A DNA stretch of 64,000 bases, from contig JAQGDQ010000060.1 in assembly GCA_030141605.1 (NCBI GenBank), forward strand, positions 682,001 through 746,000. The letters run 5' to 3'. This DNA comes from Tubiluchus corallicola (lineage: Eukaryota > Animalia > Priapulida). Below, piece after piece: positions 61,034 to 64,000 of this stretch; the first letter of the stretch is position 1, and each line of letters opens with the position of its first letter. The translations under genes were made by a program, and so were the position numbers. Under the pieces are notes generated by a model. The model was given only the letters and a program-made list of their open reading frames with translations. It did no database searches and was not told the DNA's origin.

Positions 61034-62741
61034 AGTGATATTATTATTATTATTTTTTATTTGGACTTTTGTAAACATTTCATGATCTTTTTTTATCTAA
61101 TATATATATATATATTATATTATATACATATATTATTTCTCTTCGTGCTCGTGCTGCAATTACGTACTCAGATAATGATGAGTAATTCCAAACCAGCTAA
61201 GTACCACAGCTATCTTCTGATGTATTTGTACGTACGTCCTCCGTTAACAAGAGAAATGGATCCGGAACAGTATGGCTGGTAAAACCACTCAAAAACTGTT
61301 TTCAAGATGGTCACTATTTATTTTTTCTCTTTATATTTCAAATTCAATCAGGTTGTTTGACATATGTTACATAACGTAATACCAACATATTCTAAAATCA
61401 TCCACACTCGTAACACGTGTAATTATTAACAAACTTGTTCTTGCAAAAGCAACTAAGACATCTAATCAAAACTCTTAACAACATTAATGTTATCTTGCAA
61501 GATTTTCCAAAATTTGAAACAAAATATGATTTTGTCCTGTTGCCTTATTAATTGTCGCTTTAGGTAACAATATATTTATGTAATAATTTACACTAAAAAA
61601 TACTGTGCTATACCGTTAGTATAACTCCACTAAAATCACAGGAGACCTAAGAAGCGGACTTATGATAGGTCACCTGTCCATTTGCTAACTAGGTGCAACT
61701 CATTCAACTTTTGTCACCGAACACTCATGTTGTTCATTTAGCTGTTCCCTTCGACCAAGTGGCAGATGGAAAGAGAAGCTGGATCAGTAGTTACTTGAAA
61801 GTGCGTTTTATCATCTTTTGTTAATTAGGGAAACGTCCTTTGGGTGCTGTATAGGACACAATGTGCTCCAAGCTTAGAGCACACCATATTGTAAGAGCCG
61901 TGTTCATGACAAAGGTACCATTCACGCAATGCAAGTTAGGCGCAATTAATACAATATTAATTACAGATAAAATCATAGCCAGTAATCTATCTTAATTGAA
62001 CATGGGAGGGGAGGCGCGCTGCTTGATTGATTGCTGGCACGCGAGTTGTGACAACCAACCCCATGCACGAGTTTCCTGGGCTGTTCCAAGTTTTGTTATG
62101 CACCCCGAAAAACAGTTTACAGTTTGCTTCCTTGTGTTTCGTATTTTCTAAGGGTTGATTGTGCGTTAATTGTTTGTTAAACATCGATTTTTAAGCATTG
62201 GTTCACAAGATTAAATAACTCGTAAACTATAATACATGGAGTCGGGAAACCTGCACGTGTTGGCTCACACAATGGTATGGTTAGAAAAGCTGGGACTTTT
62301 TGAAGGACCCGAGACAGGAGCCGAATTGTGAAAGTTAGGGAAACTGCTGAATTACGCATAACCAGCACGGTCACATTTTTGGAGTTGAGAAAACGGTCGT
62401 GCTCGCAGACTTGTTTCTGAATTCATTGAATCTTATTTATTTAAACGCCACAATAAATTATCTTTTTCTGCTGCTTCCGGCAACCACCTACTTCTATTGT
62501 TTCAAATCACGAACGTTTTGCCGTGAATTCTAATACCGTCTATGTTAGCCGTTAGTATGCGTTCCTCGAATTTACGTAAGACTCTTCGTCACACTCGTCC
62601 GTTTTTGCAAAGTCATGTTTTTGTTTACTTTAATGTAAATGAAAATAAATTTTATTTATTTGGTCAAAAAGTAAGACAGTTAGATATTTATCTTTTCACC
62701 TTTTTTGCAAATCATTCAGACCAACACGAACAAGGTGTAAT

Positions 62742-63184
62742 CAGGGCCTATTTCAGTCTAAGCGAGGCCCGGGGAAGTGGGGCAGTGAGGCTCGCTCGGG
62801 GGGGGGGCGCCACCATGGTTGGCCCCAGAAAATTTTTGAACTGCTAGAATGCCGGAGAAGCATTTTCGAAGAGAAAATATGGAGTTATACAGTTATTAAA
62901 GGAAAGAACAATTGAAAGAAAAACTGCTTTATTCTCAAGACCAGTCGTCAATGCTTGTCAAATAGTCAAATCAAAAACAACATCTTTGCAATATGTAATA
63001 CCGTACTCTCGCTTCCATACAAGCCATCTTCTGACTTTTTGTTTCGCAAAGTTATCAATTAACTCGCGGCAAGAGGGAGAGACGGGAGGCAGTATGTTCG
63101 CATAAAGCAAAAAAATGTTACCCCGGCGCGAGGCCCCCTGGAGGGTGAGGCCCCGGGGAAATATCCCCCCCGAAATAGGCCCTG
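62742..63184. mobile_element. Young hAT-type MITE
   Basis: Perfect TIRs CAGGGCCTATTTC / GAAATAGGCCCTG with perfect 8-bp TSD GGTGTAAT (62734-62741, 63185-63192); GC-rich subterminal GGCCC motifs. Confidence 0.9.
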
Positions 63185-64000
63185 GGTGTAATAACGTATG
63201 CCTTACTTTAGTGAAAAGTTTATGTTTTATCATCAGAATGTTTTAACAATTTTAGAGCAAGATCTTTTACTTGAGGTACTTGTACAAAATGCAGATCATG
63301 AAGAAATTTTGATGTGTATTGCAAGAGGGCCACGAAAACAAGGATGTACCTTTTCTCTACTACATAGTGCACCGCCTGCACGCCGAAAGACTCATCGTTT
63401 TCCCGTCTACTAGTTCTGGTGTGTGTTATTATGCACAAGCAGAGGTTGCTTCAACCCTCTTTACACGTGTACTGTCACTCCTTTTTCAGTCTCCATAGAA
63501 CTCGTATGGTGTAAATTCATTGTATCTATGCTATGTTCAACTTATTGTACTATGTTCAACTCGAACTAACTAATTGTATATTTCGTCACTGCACATAGTG
63601 GAAATACTGTGATCAGTAACAGTTACTGTGTTGTAAATCCACTCAAAATAAATAAGGTTTATATATTAATTTTTAGGACGAAGTCACCGAATTGAATATG
63701 AGAAGTCAGCAGTCATGGCGTGTGTTAGTGAAAAAAGTTAAGCGATGCTGTGCATATCTAATAAATGGATGGGTGGCCACTGCGCAAGTGTTTCTGTAGC
63801 TCTTGTTGATGATGACAGGTCGGTTTGAACAGAAAAGACATCCTTAATAGTGAGACAGGCTGGTCCTGGTAGAACGAATGAATATTAGTGGTTAATCGTT
63901 TCTTTGAACATCAAGATTCTGAATTACAGTGGAATAATAACTAGTACAGAATGCGAAGCATTGATTTATTCGCTTATTGATTTTTTTCTGCCCGTCTGCA

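Overview
AT-rich, intron-rich animal genomic DNA, most likely an invertebrate bilaterian; the species cannot be fixed from the sequence. The ORF track is mostly noise because the genes are spliced. Manual exon assembly gives five genes with frame-consistent splice phases: KAT6A/B-type MYST acetyltransferase (minus, 5' part only, runs off the left edge), LRMDA/C10orf11 (plus, with a U12-type AT-AC intron), RPS24 (plus, with candidate alternative C-terminal stop exons), RBM22 (minus) and MAD2L1 (plus). They form two head-to-head pairs (KAT6/LRMDA, RBM22/MAD2L1) and one tail-to-tail pair (RPS24/RBM22). Introns hold many non-autonomous DNA transposons (Tc1/mariner-pogo, hAT, piggyBac-type, a foldback-like element), minisatellites and hairpins. 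The most notable observations are: (1) a retroposon present once with a full-length 5S rRNA head and once without it, each copy with its own TSD; (2) tandem arrays seeded at exon borders that multiply splice sites as AG|GT units; (3) RPS24 C-terminal cassette exons resembling the vertebrate system; (4) KAT6-LRMDA-RPS24 linkage recalling human 10q22. No prokaryotic-type system (CRISPR, operon) is present. Comparisons with human genes are from memory, not from a database search.
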